Virus record (IMG/VR): IMGVR_UViG_3300028042_000004
Direction: 5' to 3' (one strand)
Source: a virus
DNA length: 64,000 bases
Of this stretch, positions 1-10,314 are shown piece after piece; the first letter of the stretch is position 1; each line of letters starts with the position of its first letter. Both the position numbers and the translations under genes were made by a program. The notes under the pieces were generated by a model. It was not told the DNA's origin, did not search any database, and saw only the letters and a list, made by a program, of their open reading frames with translations.

Positions 1-13
1 AAGCAGAAGTAGC

Positions 14-1033
14 ATGAAAAAAGAAGAAAATTTAGTAATAATTGACGCCGATTCTCTTGTATATACTGTAGGATATAAGTTCAAAAATATGTTTATTAGG
101 CCTATGGGTATTAATAAACTTGATGAATTTATAAAGGATATATTAGTAGAAACAAAGGCAAAACATTACTTAGGCTTTTTTGGAGCTATGGGTAGTAAGA
201 ATTTTAGATATAATATAGCTAAGGAAAGACCCTATAAGGGAACTCGACCAGAGAAGGAAGATTATATCAAATTTTGGGAGCCTATTTTGAAGGATAGAAT
301 GGAAAACTTTTGGAATTTTATGCCTGTTGATAAGATTGAAGCGGATGATGCGTGCACCATTGCAGCCAATCATAACAGAGATAAATTTAAAAAGGTTTTC
401 ATTGCTACTCCTGATAAGGATTTGTTACAACTACCTGATATGTGGTTCTATGATTATAATAAGAGAATTAAAATGTATTGTAATGAGACTGTATCTAATA
501 GATTATTCTACTGCCAATTGTTGAAAGGAGATACTACTGATAATATTGGTGGTTTGCCTGGCGTTGGTGAAACAGCTGCTATAAAAGCATATGATGCTAT
601 AGATACTAATACTGGTGAAGATGTTAATGAGTCTTTTTATCTAGTTAAGGCTAGAGAATTTTATCATGAATATCTTACAGTAACACTTATAGAAAAAGAA
701 GTAAAAAAGCTTCAAAAGCAGTATTTATTAGACTATAAGCAGGCTAATGATGTCAAAAGAATGACTAAGGATATAAAAGATGAGGCCCTTAAAGAGTTTG
801 ATCCAGATCTGTCCCACATCACAAAAACAACTGAGGAGATTGATGCCTATTTTGAAGAGATATTCGCATTAATTTATATGCTTAGAACTAAAAAAGAAGG
901 AAAAGAGCATGGATTTAAATTATGCAAGCCTTTTAAAGAGGATGTTATTGATTGGGATTCTATTGTAGAATTTGAAGCAGAGCTTGATGAAATAGTTGAT
1001 CAAGATGATTTAGAGATTTTAGATGATATTTAA
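14..1033 (+). CDS. 5'-3' exonuclease / flap endonuclease (PolA N-terminal, T5 D15 / T4 RNase H-like)
   Basis: Motifs IIDADSLVY, EADD, TPDKDLLQ and the helix-hairpin-helix segment KGDTTDNIGGLPGVGETAA; acidic C-terminal tail. Confidence 0.9.
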   Translation: MKKEENLVIIDADSLVYTVGYKFKNMFIRPMGINKLDEFIKDILVETKAKHYLGFFGAMGSKNFRYNIAKERPYKGTRPEKEDYIKFWEPILKDRMENFWNFMPVDKIEADDACTIAANHNRDKFKKVFIATPDKDLLQLPDMWFYDYNKRIKMYCNETVSNRLFYCQLLKGDTTDNIGGLPGVGETAAIKAYDAIDTNTGEDVNESFYLVKAREFYHEYLTVTLIEKEVKKLQKQYLLDYKQANDVKRMTKDIKDEALKEFDPDLSHITKTTEEIDAYFEEIFALIYMLRTKKEGKEHGFKLCKPFKEDVIDWDSIVEFEAELDEIVDQDDLEILDDI

Positions 1034-1045
1034 AAAACGTAAGAT

Positions 1046-2158
1046 ATGAAAGAATTAGATTTAAGTAAATGTGAGACTAACGCTGAAGTGAGTGCGCTGG
1101 TTTCAGCACGAGTCAAAGAGCTTTCTGTCGATGAGTTAATTAAAGAAGTTAATAAAAAGTTTATCTATCTAGATCATGTGGTGAAAATCATATACACTGG
1201 GCTAAGAATGAATACTAATATATTTCTTAGTGGCCCAGGAGGGTTTGGTAAATCAACACTAATAAAGTATATACTGGACATATATAAAATACCATATAAT
1301 ACTATTGTAGGGTATAAGGATATGCCAGTTGATGCTCTGTTGGGTGTACCAGATATGAAGAAGCTTCTTGAAGAAAGTAAGTATGAGATTAATTTTAAAG
1401 ATTCTGTATTTTACAGGCCTGGCATTCTAATTGGAGAGGAATTTACCGATATATTGCCAAGCACTGCTGCAGCTCTTAAAGATATACTAACTGAGAAAGG
1501 GTATAGATATAAAGGAACTAAGATAGAAAGCCTTGTGCCTACTATGATTATAGCAGCTAATAAAAATGCCGCTGATATGAGTATAGATGACAGCATGAGT
1601 GCTCTGTATAATGAAAGGTTCCCTCTTCAGGTAAATGTAGTATGGAACTCATTTACAGCCGAAAGATTCTTTTCTTTTTTACAGCTAGTTTTCGAAGGCG
1701 AGGATGATAGAAGTCTTTATTTTATGGCTAAACTATTTGAGAATAATTTTATGGAGTTTCATAAGATTATATCACCTAGAACTGCTATAGACATGACTAG
1801 AACATTTTTAAGTCTTGGTATAGATCATATTAGCGGGTTTAATGTTAATATGAGTTATATTGATGGTATTAAGATAAAAGCTGAGGAAGATTATAAAAAA
1901 GTCAAACTAAAAGCTACTGTTGCAGATATTAAAGATGAGATAGATATAGCAAAGAATGAAAAAAATGGAGCTGTTCTTGCAGCATATTTATACTATGTAA
2001 TGTATCACTTAAAGGAGATACGACTAAGTAGTAATAATATTGACAATGTAAATGAATTAATAACTGACTTAGAAAGAGATATTAGTGCTTATCATGTTAA
2101 ATATGCTGATTATTCAAAAATAAAGGGAATGATTAAAACTCTTGAAAATGGTAATTAG
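1046..2158 (+). CDS. MoxR-family AAA+ ATPase
   Basis: Walker A GPGGFGKS (1232-1255), variant Walker B ILIGEEF, sensor IAANK, ALYNERF arginine-finger region; overlaps a downstream vWA gene. Confidence 0.75.
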   Translation: MKELDLSKCETNAEVSALVSARVKELSVDELIKEVNKKFIYLDHVVKIIYTGLRMNTNIFLSGPGGFGKSTLIKYILDIYKIPYNTIVGYKDMPVDALLGVPDMKKLLEESKYEINFKDSVFYRPGILIGEEFTDILPSTAAALKDILTEKGYRYKGTKIESLVPTMIIAANKNAADMSIDDSMSALYNERFPLQVNVVWNSFTAERFFSFLQLVFEGEDDRSLYFMAKLFENNFMEFHKIISPRTAIDMTRTFLSLGIDHISGFNVNMSYIDGIKIKAEEDYKKVKLKATVADIKDEIDIAKNEKNGAVLAAYLYYVMYHLKEIRLSSNNIDNVNELITDLERDISAYHVKYADYSKIKGMIKTLENGN

Positions 2159-3164
2159 ACATAGACAGATGGATGACTCTGGATTTGAACGTGAAATAGA
2201 GAAAGAGTTGAGTAACTTTGATATTTCTGGATATATATCTATGAAGGCTATAAAAGCTTTTTACGATATGTTCTTTTGGGTATACCTTGAAAAAGGTGAT
2301 GTTAATAATGCATTTAGTGATACTCATGAAGCTATTAAGCTAAGGAGATTACTGACTATTATGAATTTAAGTGCATTTATTAGTAGAGAGGGGCCTGCAT
2401 ATTCTGCGGTCCTTCTTTATCAAAAGATGAATCAAATAATCGATATGAGAAGTTTCGATAATGATATCATAGTAGAACTTGATGGAAAAATTAACCCTAA
2501 TAAGTTTATGGAAGAGGATTCTTTTATAGATGTTACTTTTTATAATAAGTATAGAGAGAGTGATTATGATATTGACAAATCCTTCTTTATATTTAATAGG
2601 GGTATGGAACATAGTTTCTCTTTACACACTAATAGAATGAAGTACTATTCACAGGCTATGAAAGCTAAAAATAAATCAGACCTGGTTAGAAAAGATTTGT
2701 GGTATAAAATGTACTCCAAAGAACTTGTGGTTAGTGATATAGAAGTTTCTGAGAATGAGGGAGATAAAAAGGTAATTGTCATACAGGATGGCTCTATTTC
2801 TATGAATGATTATATGGAAAAGCTGGTATTTATAAAAAATATAATTATCAATGATGCTTTTTTAAATGGTTACGAGATAGAATGGATAGAAGGGGCCAGA
2901 AATATAATTAGTACTACTATATATAATGTAGATAATTATGTAGACACTGAAATAGAAAATTACACTTTATATAATTTTGATATAGTTAGGCTATTAAATA
3001 AAAGAAAGCTTAACGGAGAAAAAATTATAATAATAACTGATGGGGAAGATTATTTAGATGACATAACATTTACAAACAACACACTTAATGTGATAAGTTT
3101 TAATGAGAATGACACCTTTAGAAGCCTTGCCTCTATTAATAATGGAAAATATTTTAAATTATGA
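2142..3164 (+). CDS. vWA (von Willebrand A) domain protein, likely partner of the MoxR ATPase
   Basis: MIDAS-like IQDGSISM (DxSxS) and IIITDGED in the C-terminal half; overlaps the AAA gene. Confidence 0.7.
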   Translation: MKMVIRHRQMDDSGFEREIEKELSNFDISGYISMKAIKAFYDMFFWVYLEKGDVNNAFSDTHEAIKLRRLLTIMNLSAFISREGPAYSAVLLYQKMNQIIDMRSFDNDIIVELDGKINPNKFMEEDSFIDVTFYNKYRESDYDIDKSFFIFNRGMEHSFSLHTNRMKYYSQAMKAKNKSDLVRKDLWYKMYSKELVVSDIEVSENEGDKKVIVIQDGSISMNDYMEKLVFIKNIIINDAFLNGYEIEWIEGARNIISTTIYNVDNYVDTEIENYTLYNFDIVRLLNKRKLNGEKIIIITDGEDYLDDITFTNNTLNVISFNENDTFRSLASINNGKYFKL

Positions 3165-4621
3165 AAGAAAAAGATAAATTACCTGATATGATACCTTTTG
3201 CGGGAATCGATCAAGATAATCTAATAGAGCTTGAAGACCTTTCCTCTGTATTTGAGTCATCAACATCCAATTTTGCATATCTTGATGGGCTTAATGAAGA
3301 GCAAAAAGATATGGTTAATGGTATTATAGAGTATGTGAAGACCAATAAAGATAATAAAGAATACTTTCTTATTCAAGGAGGTGGAGGAGTTGGTAAATCA
3401 TACGCTATTGGTAGAGCACTTCATGAATTATTTGGTTATTCAGTAGTTGCTGCTGCACCAAGCCACTTTGCTAAGAACATACTAAAGGACTTTTTAAAAG
3501 AGCATAGTGTAGAAGTACATACTGTAGCAACCCTTATGGGTAAAAAACTTACATTTAATGATAAAGGAGAACTTATATTAGTAAATAAACAAAGTAGAAT
3601 GAGGCCACCTATAGTATCTGCTGATGTTATTATCATAGATGAGGTTAGTATGATAAGTGATGATACTATAAGAGAGCTTCTTAAAATGAGTAGAGGAAAA
3701 AAGATTATATTTTTAGGCGATTATTGTCAATTACCTCCTGTTAAGCAAGATCATGATAATATAGCATTTAACAATATTCATGCTGAACTAAGTATACCTA
3801 TGAGGTTTACTGGTTTGATTTATAATCTAGCTAGCGCTGTTAGAAAAGAAATTAATAAAGCCAGAGATGGGCGATATGCAGAACTTAGAGTTATTACTAT
3901 GTTTACTAAACGTCAAAGCTTGGTATCAGAAAATGGTAGTGGTTATATATTTTTAAACAATTTTACTCCTTTCATTAATGCGGCTATTAAACGCTTTAAG
4001 GAGAAAAAAGGAACACAGCATGTAAGAGTGCTTGCATATAGAAATAAGACTATTAAGACACTTAATGATATCATTAGAAAAGCTTTGTATGGTACAAATG
4101 CTAGACAGTTTGAAGATGGAGAGTTGATAATTAATGATGGAGGATATAAAGGAGAGATCAATAATGGAGAGGTATTACTAGTAAAATCTACTAAAGATGT
4201 TATAGGCAAATTTGCTATTCCTTGTGTTGAGCTACGATTTCAAAACTCACCTGCAGTAGTCCCTGTTATATCAACCAAAGGTAAAGGCGAATACAATGAT
4301 ATGCTAGCAAAGCTTAAATTAGCTGCGTATAATACCCCCAACAAATGGAGTGAGTATTATGCATTTAAAGATAGTTTTGCATATTTCAATTATTCTTATG
4401 CGACGAGTATACATAAATCACAAGGAAGCTCTATTTCTAATATATTTATAATGGAAGAAGATATCTTAGGTATAAAGCCTATTGGCACAAAGGAGAAATT
4501 ACAATCTCTATATGTTGCCATCACAAGAGCATCTTTTAGGGTATTTATATACAATAAAGATCTAAAAGTAGATCAAACAAAATTAAATAGGATGTTCTTA
4601 AAAAGAAGAGCAGATGAGTGA
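3161..4621 (+). CDS. SF1B helicase, Dda/RecD-like
   Basis: QGGGGVGKS, AAAPSH, IIIDEVSM, FLGDYCQLPPV, YATSIHKSQGSS, YVAITRA (SF1 motifs I-VI). Confidence 0.92.
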   Translation: MKEKDKLPDMIPFAGIDQDNLIELEDLSSVFESSTSNFAYLDGLNEEQKDMVNGIIEYVKTNKDNKEYFLIQGGGGVGKSYAIGRALHELFGYSVVAAAPSHFAKNILKDFLKEHSVEVHTVATLMGKKLTFNDKGELILVNKQSRMRPPIVSADVIIIDEVSMISDDTIRELLKMSRGKKIIFLGDYCQLPPVKQDHDNIAFNNIHAELSIPMRFTGLIYNLASAVRKEINKARDGRYAELRVITMFTKRQSLVSENGSGYIFLNNFTPFINAAIKRFKEKKGTQHVRVLAYRNKTIKTLNDIIRKALYGTNARQFEDGELIINDGGYKGEINNGEVLLVKSTKDVIGKFAIPCVELRFQNSPAVVPVISTKGKGEYNDMLAKLKLAAYNTPNKWSEYYAFKDSFAYFNYSYATSIHKSQGSSISNIFIMEEDILGIKPIGTKEKLQSLYVAITRASFRVFIYNKDLKVDQTKLNRMFLKRRADE

Positions 4622-5054
4622 TCTTCGGTTTAATATAAAGCATCTTGATAAGTATGCTATAGTTACTGAGCCGTGTACAGCTATTGTAAGATGTAACTCA
4701 ACGCCTGATTTCAATAAACCTTATACAGATGATGGGTATGATAGATGGATTATAAATCTAAAGGCAGTAGCTGAAGAAAATCTGGAGATATTGAAAGCTG
4801 TATCAGATTCTGGTACTGTTGTACATTACTCTCAGATATCACATCTTCTGTTGAGTGGAGCCATTTGGAAAGACCAAATATGGGAAGAGACACAATTGCC
4901 TGTTAAAGGTGAGAATGTTATTGCTACGTTTGATTATGTAAAAGAAGTACTTATGTGTACAGCTATTACTATAATTCCAAAAGTTAATTTAGAAATATTT
5001 GATGCTAGTGAAGAAGTATTGAGTGATATAGAATTTTTTAAAAATTTAAAATGA
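4614..5054 (+). CDS. hypothetical protein
   Basis: 146-aa ORF coupled between helicase and polymerase genes; no motif recognised. Confidence 0.6.
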   Translation: MSDLRFNIKHLDKYAIVTEPCTAIVRCNSTPDFNKPYTDDGYDRWIINLKAVAEENLEILKAVSDSGTVVHYSQISHLLLSGAIWKDQIWEETQLPVKGENVIATFDYVKEVLMCTAITIIPKVNLEIFDASEEVLSDIEFFKNLK

Positions 5055-5055
5055 T

Positions 5056-7203
5056 ATGAAAGAAAAGAAAAAATATAGCTCTGTTGTATACATATATGGT
5101 GATGATGATAGATATGGCTCAAAAGAGTATAGGAAATTCATGAAAAAAAGAGGTTTTAAAGTAAAGCTTGGGGATAAAAGACGTTTTAATGAGTTTATTA
5201 AGGATAAAAAAGCTTTACAGATAGATACTGAAACTAATGTTACAGATTTTGTTACTGATAGAAGTCTCTATGTATTGCAGTTTGGTAATCTTGAGGGAAC
5301 TGAGCAACATGTATTCGACATTGGTACTATTGATATGATGCGCGATGAGATTATAGAAGTTTTAGGAAGCGATATAACATTTTTTGCACAGAACGGTAAG
5401 TTTGAATATAAGGTTTTGTTTACTCATTATGGAGTGAAGATTAAGCGCTTTAGAGACACTATGCTTGCTGCGAAGGTATTGCATGCTGGAGTAGCTGAAC
5501 CTGGACAAAATGGCCTTGCTGGACTTCTGGGGACATATCTTAACTTGAATATAAGTAAAGATGCACAGACCACTTTTGATGGTACTGGAATGTCTCCAGA
5601 ACAGTTATATTATGCCACAATGGATGTTGTATATCTTGGTACTTTATATACTAAGCTTATGTATGGAGTAAAAAGACATAAGTTTGAGAAAGTGATGAAG
5701 ATTGAGAATAATGTATTAATGGCCCTTGGGGATATGGAACTTAATGGTGTTAGAATTGATACTGTAGCACTTGATGAGAACATTAAATCTTTTACTGAAG
5801 ACGCTGAAAAACATAGACAGGCTATTATAGATGTGTTTATGAATGAAACTGATGATATTATGGAGAAGATCCGTGATGGTAAGTTTCTACAGAAGGAGGA
5901 TGAAATTATTATTAACTGGAAGAGTAGCGTGCAAAAGAAAGTAATCTTAAACGCTCTGTACCCAGATGAAGATATAAAATCATCAGCCAAAGCGACGTTA
6001 TTGAAGATGAAGAAGACTGTTAATGATAGTTTATTCATTGACTGGCTGTTAGAAGGAGATACTGGTAGTTTAGAGAGTTATTTAGTGAGCAGGCATATGA
6101 ATCTTTTAATGGATCATGGTATGTTCATAAAGAAAGGCACTATTAATCTAAACTTTAATTCACCTGCACAGCTACAGAAATTCTTTAATATATGGTATCC
6201 TGATCTTAAAGGAGTTGGCGTCAAAGCACTGAAGAAGTTGAGGCACCCAATTGTTATGGCTTATAAAAAGTATAGCAAAGCGCAGAAACTTGTAAGTTCA
6301 TTTGGAGAGAAGATGTATGGTTATATTGAAGATGATGGGAAGATTCATACAAATTTTAACCAAATCGTACCGAGTGGAAGTAGACTTAGTAGTTTAAGAC
6401 CTAACCTACAGCAGGCTCCAGCGACTGAACAATTCAGACGTATATTTATACCTGATGATGGATGGAGTTTTGTAGATAGTGATTATAGTTCAGCTGAACT
6501 TTATATTGCTGCTTATTTATCTAAGGACGACTTGCTATGGGAAGCTGTAGAAAAAGGATACGACCTGCACAGTTATAGTTCTTTCCATATATTTGGCCAG
6601 GAATGGTTAGATGCTGGAGGAAGCGCTACACCTGTAGGGAAGCCGCCGACAGCTGACGCAAATAGGTTTAGAAAACTAAGTAAGGGATTAAGTTTCTCCT
6701 TACTTTATGGTACTGGGCCACAAGCGTTTGGTGATAATGCTGGGCTTGCAATGACTGATGCTAAAGCTTTGATGAAGACATATTTTGAAACATTTCCTAA
6801 ACTGGCAGCATTCTTTAAGAATACTGGAGAAAAAGCACTTAAAGATTATATGGTTAGAGAGCCTATTTTCGGTAGAATTAGATTCTTCAATAGACCAACT
6901 AATGGTATGGAAGTATCTCATCTAAGAAATGCAGCTATGAACTATAAGCCACAAGCTATTAATGGTTCAATGATAAAATATGCTATGATCCTATTAAGGA
7001 ACTATATCATAAAGAATGATGTTGGACATAAAGTAAAATTATTACTGAATATCCATGATCAGATTTTATCAATGGCAAAAGACGACTATGCCGAAGAATG
7101 GCAAGTAATACAAGATGGTATAATGGAAAAAGCAGCTAATTATGCTGTTCCAGGAGGCTATATAAAAGTAGATAGTGAAATTTTAAAACATTGGAAGAAA
7201 TGA
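5056..7203 (+). CDS. polA: DNA polymerase family A with 3'-5' exonuclease domain
   Basis: ExoI IDTETN, ExoII AQNGKFE, ExoIII YATMDV; GSRLSSLRPNLQQAP, motif A DSDYSSAELYI, motif B RKLSKGLSFSLLYG (F at the E. coli 762-equivalent position), motif C NIHDQ. Confidence 0.95.
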   Translation: MKEKKKYSSVVYIYGDDDRYGSKEYRKFMKKRGFKVKLGDKRRFNEFIKDKKALQIDTETNVTDFVTDRSLYVLQFGNLEGTEQHVFDIGTIDMMRDEIIEVLGSDITFFAQNGKFEYKVLFTHYGVKIKRFRDTMLAAKVLHAGVAEPGQNGLAGLLGTYLNLNISKDAQTTFDGTGMSPEQLYYATMDVVYLGTLYTKLMYGVKRHKFEKVMKIENNVLMALGDMELNGVRIDTVALDENIKSFTEDAEKHRQAIIDVFMNETDDIMEKIRDGKFLQKEDEIIINWKSSVQKKVILNALYPDEDIKSSAKATLLKMKKTVNDSLFIDWLLEGDTGSLESYLVSRHMNLLMDHGMFIKKGTINLNFNSPAQLQKFFNIWYPDLKGVGVKALKKLRHPIVMAYKKYSKAQKLVSSFGEKMYGYIEDDGKIHTNFNQIVPSGSRLSSLRPNLQQAPATEQFRRIFIPDDGWSFVDSDYSSAELYIAAYLSKDDLLWEAVEKGYDLHSYSSFHIFGQEWLDAGGSATPVGKPPTADANRFRKLSKGLSFSLLYGTGPQAFGDNAGLAMTDAKALMKTYFETFPKLAAFFKNTGEKALKDYMVREPIFGRIRFFNRPTNGMEVSHLRNAAMNYKPQAINGSMIKYAMILLRNYIIKNDVGHKVKLLLNIHDQILSMAKDDYAEEWQVIQDGIMEKAANYAVPGGYIKVDSEILKHWKK

Positions 7204-7715
7204 TGAATAAAAAGAAAATAATTAATGACGCTATATTTAAAGAAATTTTAAAAGATAGAATATATGATGTAGTTATAGATATACTTAAACTACTTTCTGG
7301 CTCTGAAAAGGATGTTAGAGCAGCTGCTATATTGAATTTCCATGATGGGGCCTTTTCTACTCTTATATTTAGATTCGCTGAGGCGTATAAATATTGGTAT
7401 ATTAAAAAAGATCTGCAGGTTGGTGATGATAGTGTATACTTTAAATTTAGTAATGTTGTAATGTATGAGTCTGATAATTGGGCAATGAGCGAAAAAGAAA
7501 AGGAGTTAACGAAATCTATAGTAAAAATATTTGTTAAATCTGGGATAGCTAAAAAGAGAGTTAATAAAATATCTAAAGATAGGACAGCTACTTTTTATTC
7601 AATAGATTTTTATAGGATATTTAATTATCTTATGTATCTTCATGAAAATAGTAGTAAGCTTGATGACGCCCACAAACATTTAAAAAAGAAACTGATAGAT
7701 GGAAGTATTACTTAG
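7191..7715 (+). CDS. hypothetical protein
   Basis: 174-aa ORF overlapping both neighbours; no recognised motif. Confidence 0.6.
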   Translation: MEEMMNKKKIINDAIFKEILKDRIYDVVIDILKLLSGSEKDVRAAAILNFHDGAFSTLIFRFAEAYKYWYIKKDLQVGDDSVYFKFSNVVMYESDNWAMSEKEKELTKSIVKIFVKSGIAKKRVNKISKDRTATFYSIDFYRIFNYLMYLHENSSKLDDAHKHLKKKLIDGSIT

Positions 7716-8451
7716 AAATATAAAAGAGCTCCTTAAAAAGAGAGATATTAATATGAGCCAAGCGCTTTATCTGATATACCTGTATAACGAAGAAGAGTTT
7801 TCTATATCCACTGAATACTTATTAAAACTTAGTAAAAATAAGTATATAAAAGGAGGCAAAGTTTCATATGACTTGTTAAAATTTGAGACTGTTATTGGTA
7901 AAGATACTGTTACAGGTACTATTGAGCCAATATATAATGAAGATTTATCTAATGAGGTTGTAAGACGTTTATGTTCTATGTTCTGTGTACATAATGGTAA
8001 AGGTGCCATTGTATTTCCAGGAGATATATATGATACTGTAGAGAAAACTGCTGCTATGTTCTTAAAAGACGAGCAAAAGCTGGCATATTACTTTATGATA
8101 TTTTTGTATATGTTTCCTATAGAAGGTTCTAATAATAGAAAGTGGGAAAAGTTTTTTACTGGTAAAAGGTATACTGGACCCACATTGAGAATTAGAAGCA
8201 AGAGACTTGGTAAAGATTTTATAGCTGTAGCTAAGAAGAAGGATATGGGAGCAATCTTATATGCTGTTTTTATATACATGCAATCTGCCTACAGTGATGG
8301 TAAAGGTTTTGCTAAGAAGCCTATTAACTTTTTAGGCGACGAGTTTGAGGAATGGTATAGTAGAGCTCTTATGGATATAAGAAAGGCTAGAAATATTAGA
8401 GAGTTGTTCAAAAAGAACAATAGTAGTAATTCAATGTATACAATGGTGTAA
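7699..8451 (+). CDS. hypothetical protein, possibly replication initiator or helicase-associated
   Basis: 250-aa ORF directly upstream of the DnaB-like gene; function inferred from position only. Confidence 0.45.
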   Translation: MEVLLRNIKELLKKRDINMSQALYLIYLYNEEEFSISTEYLLKLSKNKYIKGGKVSYDLLKFETVIGKDTVTGTIEPIYNEDLSNEVVRRLCSMFCVHNGKGAIVFPGDIYDTVEKTAAMFLKDEQKLAYYFMIFLYMFPIEGSNNRKWEKFFTGKRYTGPTLRIRSKRLGKDFIAVAKKKDMGAILYAVFIYMQSAYSDGKGFAKKPINFLGDEFEEWYSRALMDIRKARNIRELFKKNNSSNSMYTMV

Positions 8452-8453
8452 TT

Positions 8454-9584
8454 ATGGGAATGATATCAAATATTAAGGACAGACTTTTAGATAAGATTGA
8501 CCTAGGAAATAGTGGGATTTTAAAGTTCCCACTTACAAAAACAGGCAAGCTCTTAAATGACTATGTTAAAGGAGAGTTTGTCGTAGTATCTGGCCGTAAG
8601 ACGTCTGGAAAGAGATCATTTATCTTTAAAAACTATGTGCTTCATCCTATTATGGAGAAGCTTACATATAAGCAGGAATTAGATGTTAGAATATTTTATT
8701 TTAGCACCAAAAAGACTGCAGATGAGATAGTTGAGAAGATTGCTACATCATATGTGGCTCAAAAAATAGCTGCTAAAAAAGATGATAAGATGCACAATAA
8801 GATAAGCATTTCTTCGTTTTATAATTACTCGGGGGCTGATATACCCATGTCGCCCTCAAATGCTAAAAGTAATCTTGTTAGTGCATTTACAGTGATAAAT
8901 GCTTTTGTAGAAAAGAACTATCTTAAGATTATTGGAGGCACTAAGTCTATCTTTGAAATAAAGAATATCATAAAGAGTATTTTTGGCTCTTATGGGAGAT
9001 TTGATGAGGATTTTGACGAATTCACATACAAAGAAGAATTCCATAACATTATTCCTATTATTATAATAGATGATGCTTCAATGGTTCTTGGAGAAGATGG
9101 TAGAAATTGTGTTAAAAACGATAACTCTGCCAGACTTGGAGTAGTTTTGAAAGATTTAGCAAAAACACTTAATGCTATTGTAGTGTTAAATGTTCCTTCT
9201 GGAAATACTTATGTATCACAGAAAGAGAGTTTTTATATAAATAAGATCGAAGAGATTGGACCGTATAGCAACTTGGCTGATAAAATATTGTTCATGCATA
9301 ACCCTAAGGAGACGGGAGACAGATACTCTTTTGATTATGAGATGGCAGATTTTACTAATTTAAACAGTGGTGTATGTTATTTTAGACATATGACTATCGC
9401 AGCCAATACGTTAGGCCCTAGTGGCATTACAGTTCCATACTTTTTCTTTCCCCAGAGTGGTAATATTTTTGAATTGCCTGGGATTGACAGCGATAAGCTT
9501 GATGAGTATAAGGAACTTGTATATAATAAAAAGAAAGCTAAGCCTAAGAAAGACGAGGTTGATGCTATCGATGATGATGAATAA
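8454..9584 (+). CDS. DnaB/RecA-fold helicase-like ATPase (divergent)
   Basis: P-loop-like VVSGRKTSGKRS, RIFYFS strand, Walker B-like IIIDDA, ADKILFMHNP motif typical of the DnaB C-terminal part. Confidence 0.6.
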   Translation: MGMISNIKDRLLDKIDLGNSGILKFPLTKTGKLLNDYVKGEFVVVSGRKTSGKRSFIFKNYVLHPIMEKLTYKQELDVRIFYFSTKKTADEIVEKIATSYVAQKIAAKKDDKMHNKISISSFYNYSGADIPMSPSNAKSNLVSAFTVINAFVEKNYLKIIGGTKSIFEIKNIIKSIFGSYGRFDEDFDEFTYKEEFHNIIPIIIIDDASMVLGEDGRNCVKNDNSARLGVVLKDLAKTLNAIVVLNVPSGNTYVSQKESFYINKIEEIGPYSNLADKILFMHNPKETGDRYSFDYEMADFTNLNSGVCYFRHMTIAANTLGPSGITVPYFFFPQSGNIFELPGIDSDKLDEYKELVYNKKKAKPKKDEVDAIDDDE

Positions 9585-9601
9585 TAATAAATAATAAACA
9601 T

Positions 9602-10294
9602 ATGAATAAACAAAAAGTACAAGATGTAGCAACAATGGAGACATTGCCTACAAAGGAGTTAGCAAACTCTATTGATGGTGCGGGATCTTTGGCAGAAAAG
9701 AAGGTCTTCGCAGCAGAAATGATCCAATCGGGCCTATTGCCTGAGACATTAGCAACACCAAGCCAACTTAGCGATCCTGTCTTCAGAGACAAAGCTATTG
9801 GGGCTGTGATTGCTGTAGTTGAATATGGTAGAGAACTAAATATTACACCATGGGTTGCCTTGAATGGTATACACGTCGTGCAAGGGAAAACTGTAATGGG
9901 TGTCCACATGTATTTAGGACTTGCGTTAAGAAATGACATTATTGTTGATGTTGTTGATGACTATATTAAAGTTTTCAATGATAAAAAACAACTTGTTGAT
10001 ATCGAGACAACTATCGAAATCACTAGAAAGTATGATAAATTTGATGGGTTAGTGAAGACTCATAGGTTTACCAAACGTTGGAGTGAGATTAAGAAAGCTG
10101 GACTTGATCAAAGAGACAACTATAAAAAAAGAGGTCCACTTATGTTGAGAACTCGTTGTATCACAGAAGGATTGAGGCTATATGCAGCAGACTTGTTTAT
10201 GGGTACATATGAGACATCTGAAATGCTAGATGTTCAAGATACTCAGTATACTATGGATGAAGACGGTAACGCTGTTTACGAAGCAGTAAATTAA
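9602..10294 (+). CDS. RecT/Redbeta-like single-strand annealing protein
   Basis: GRELNITPWVALNGIHVVQGK and KKAGL...NYKK...MLRTRC segments match the phage RecT-like pattern. Confidence 0.7.
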   Translation: MNKQKVQDVATMETLPTKELANSIDGAGSLAEKKVFAAEMIQSGLLPETLATPSQLSDPVFRDKAIGAVIAVVEYGRELNITPWVALNGIHVVQGKTVMGVHMYLGLALRNDIIVDVVDDYIKVFNDKKQLVDIETTIEITRKYDKFDGLVKTHRFTKRWSEIKKAGLDQRDNYKKRGPLMLRTRCITEGLRLYAADLFMGTYETSEMLDVQDTQYTMDEDGNAVYEAVN

Positions 10295-10314
10295 TAATTA
10301 AAAAATTTTAAAGT

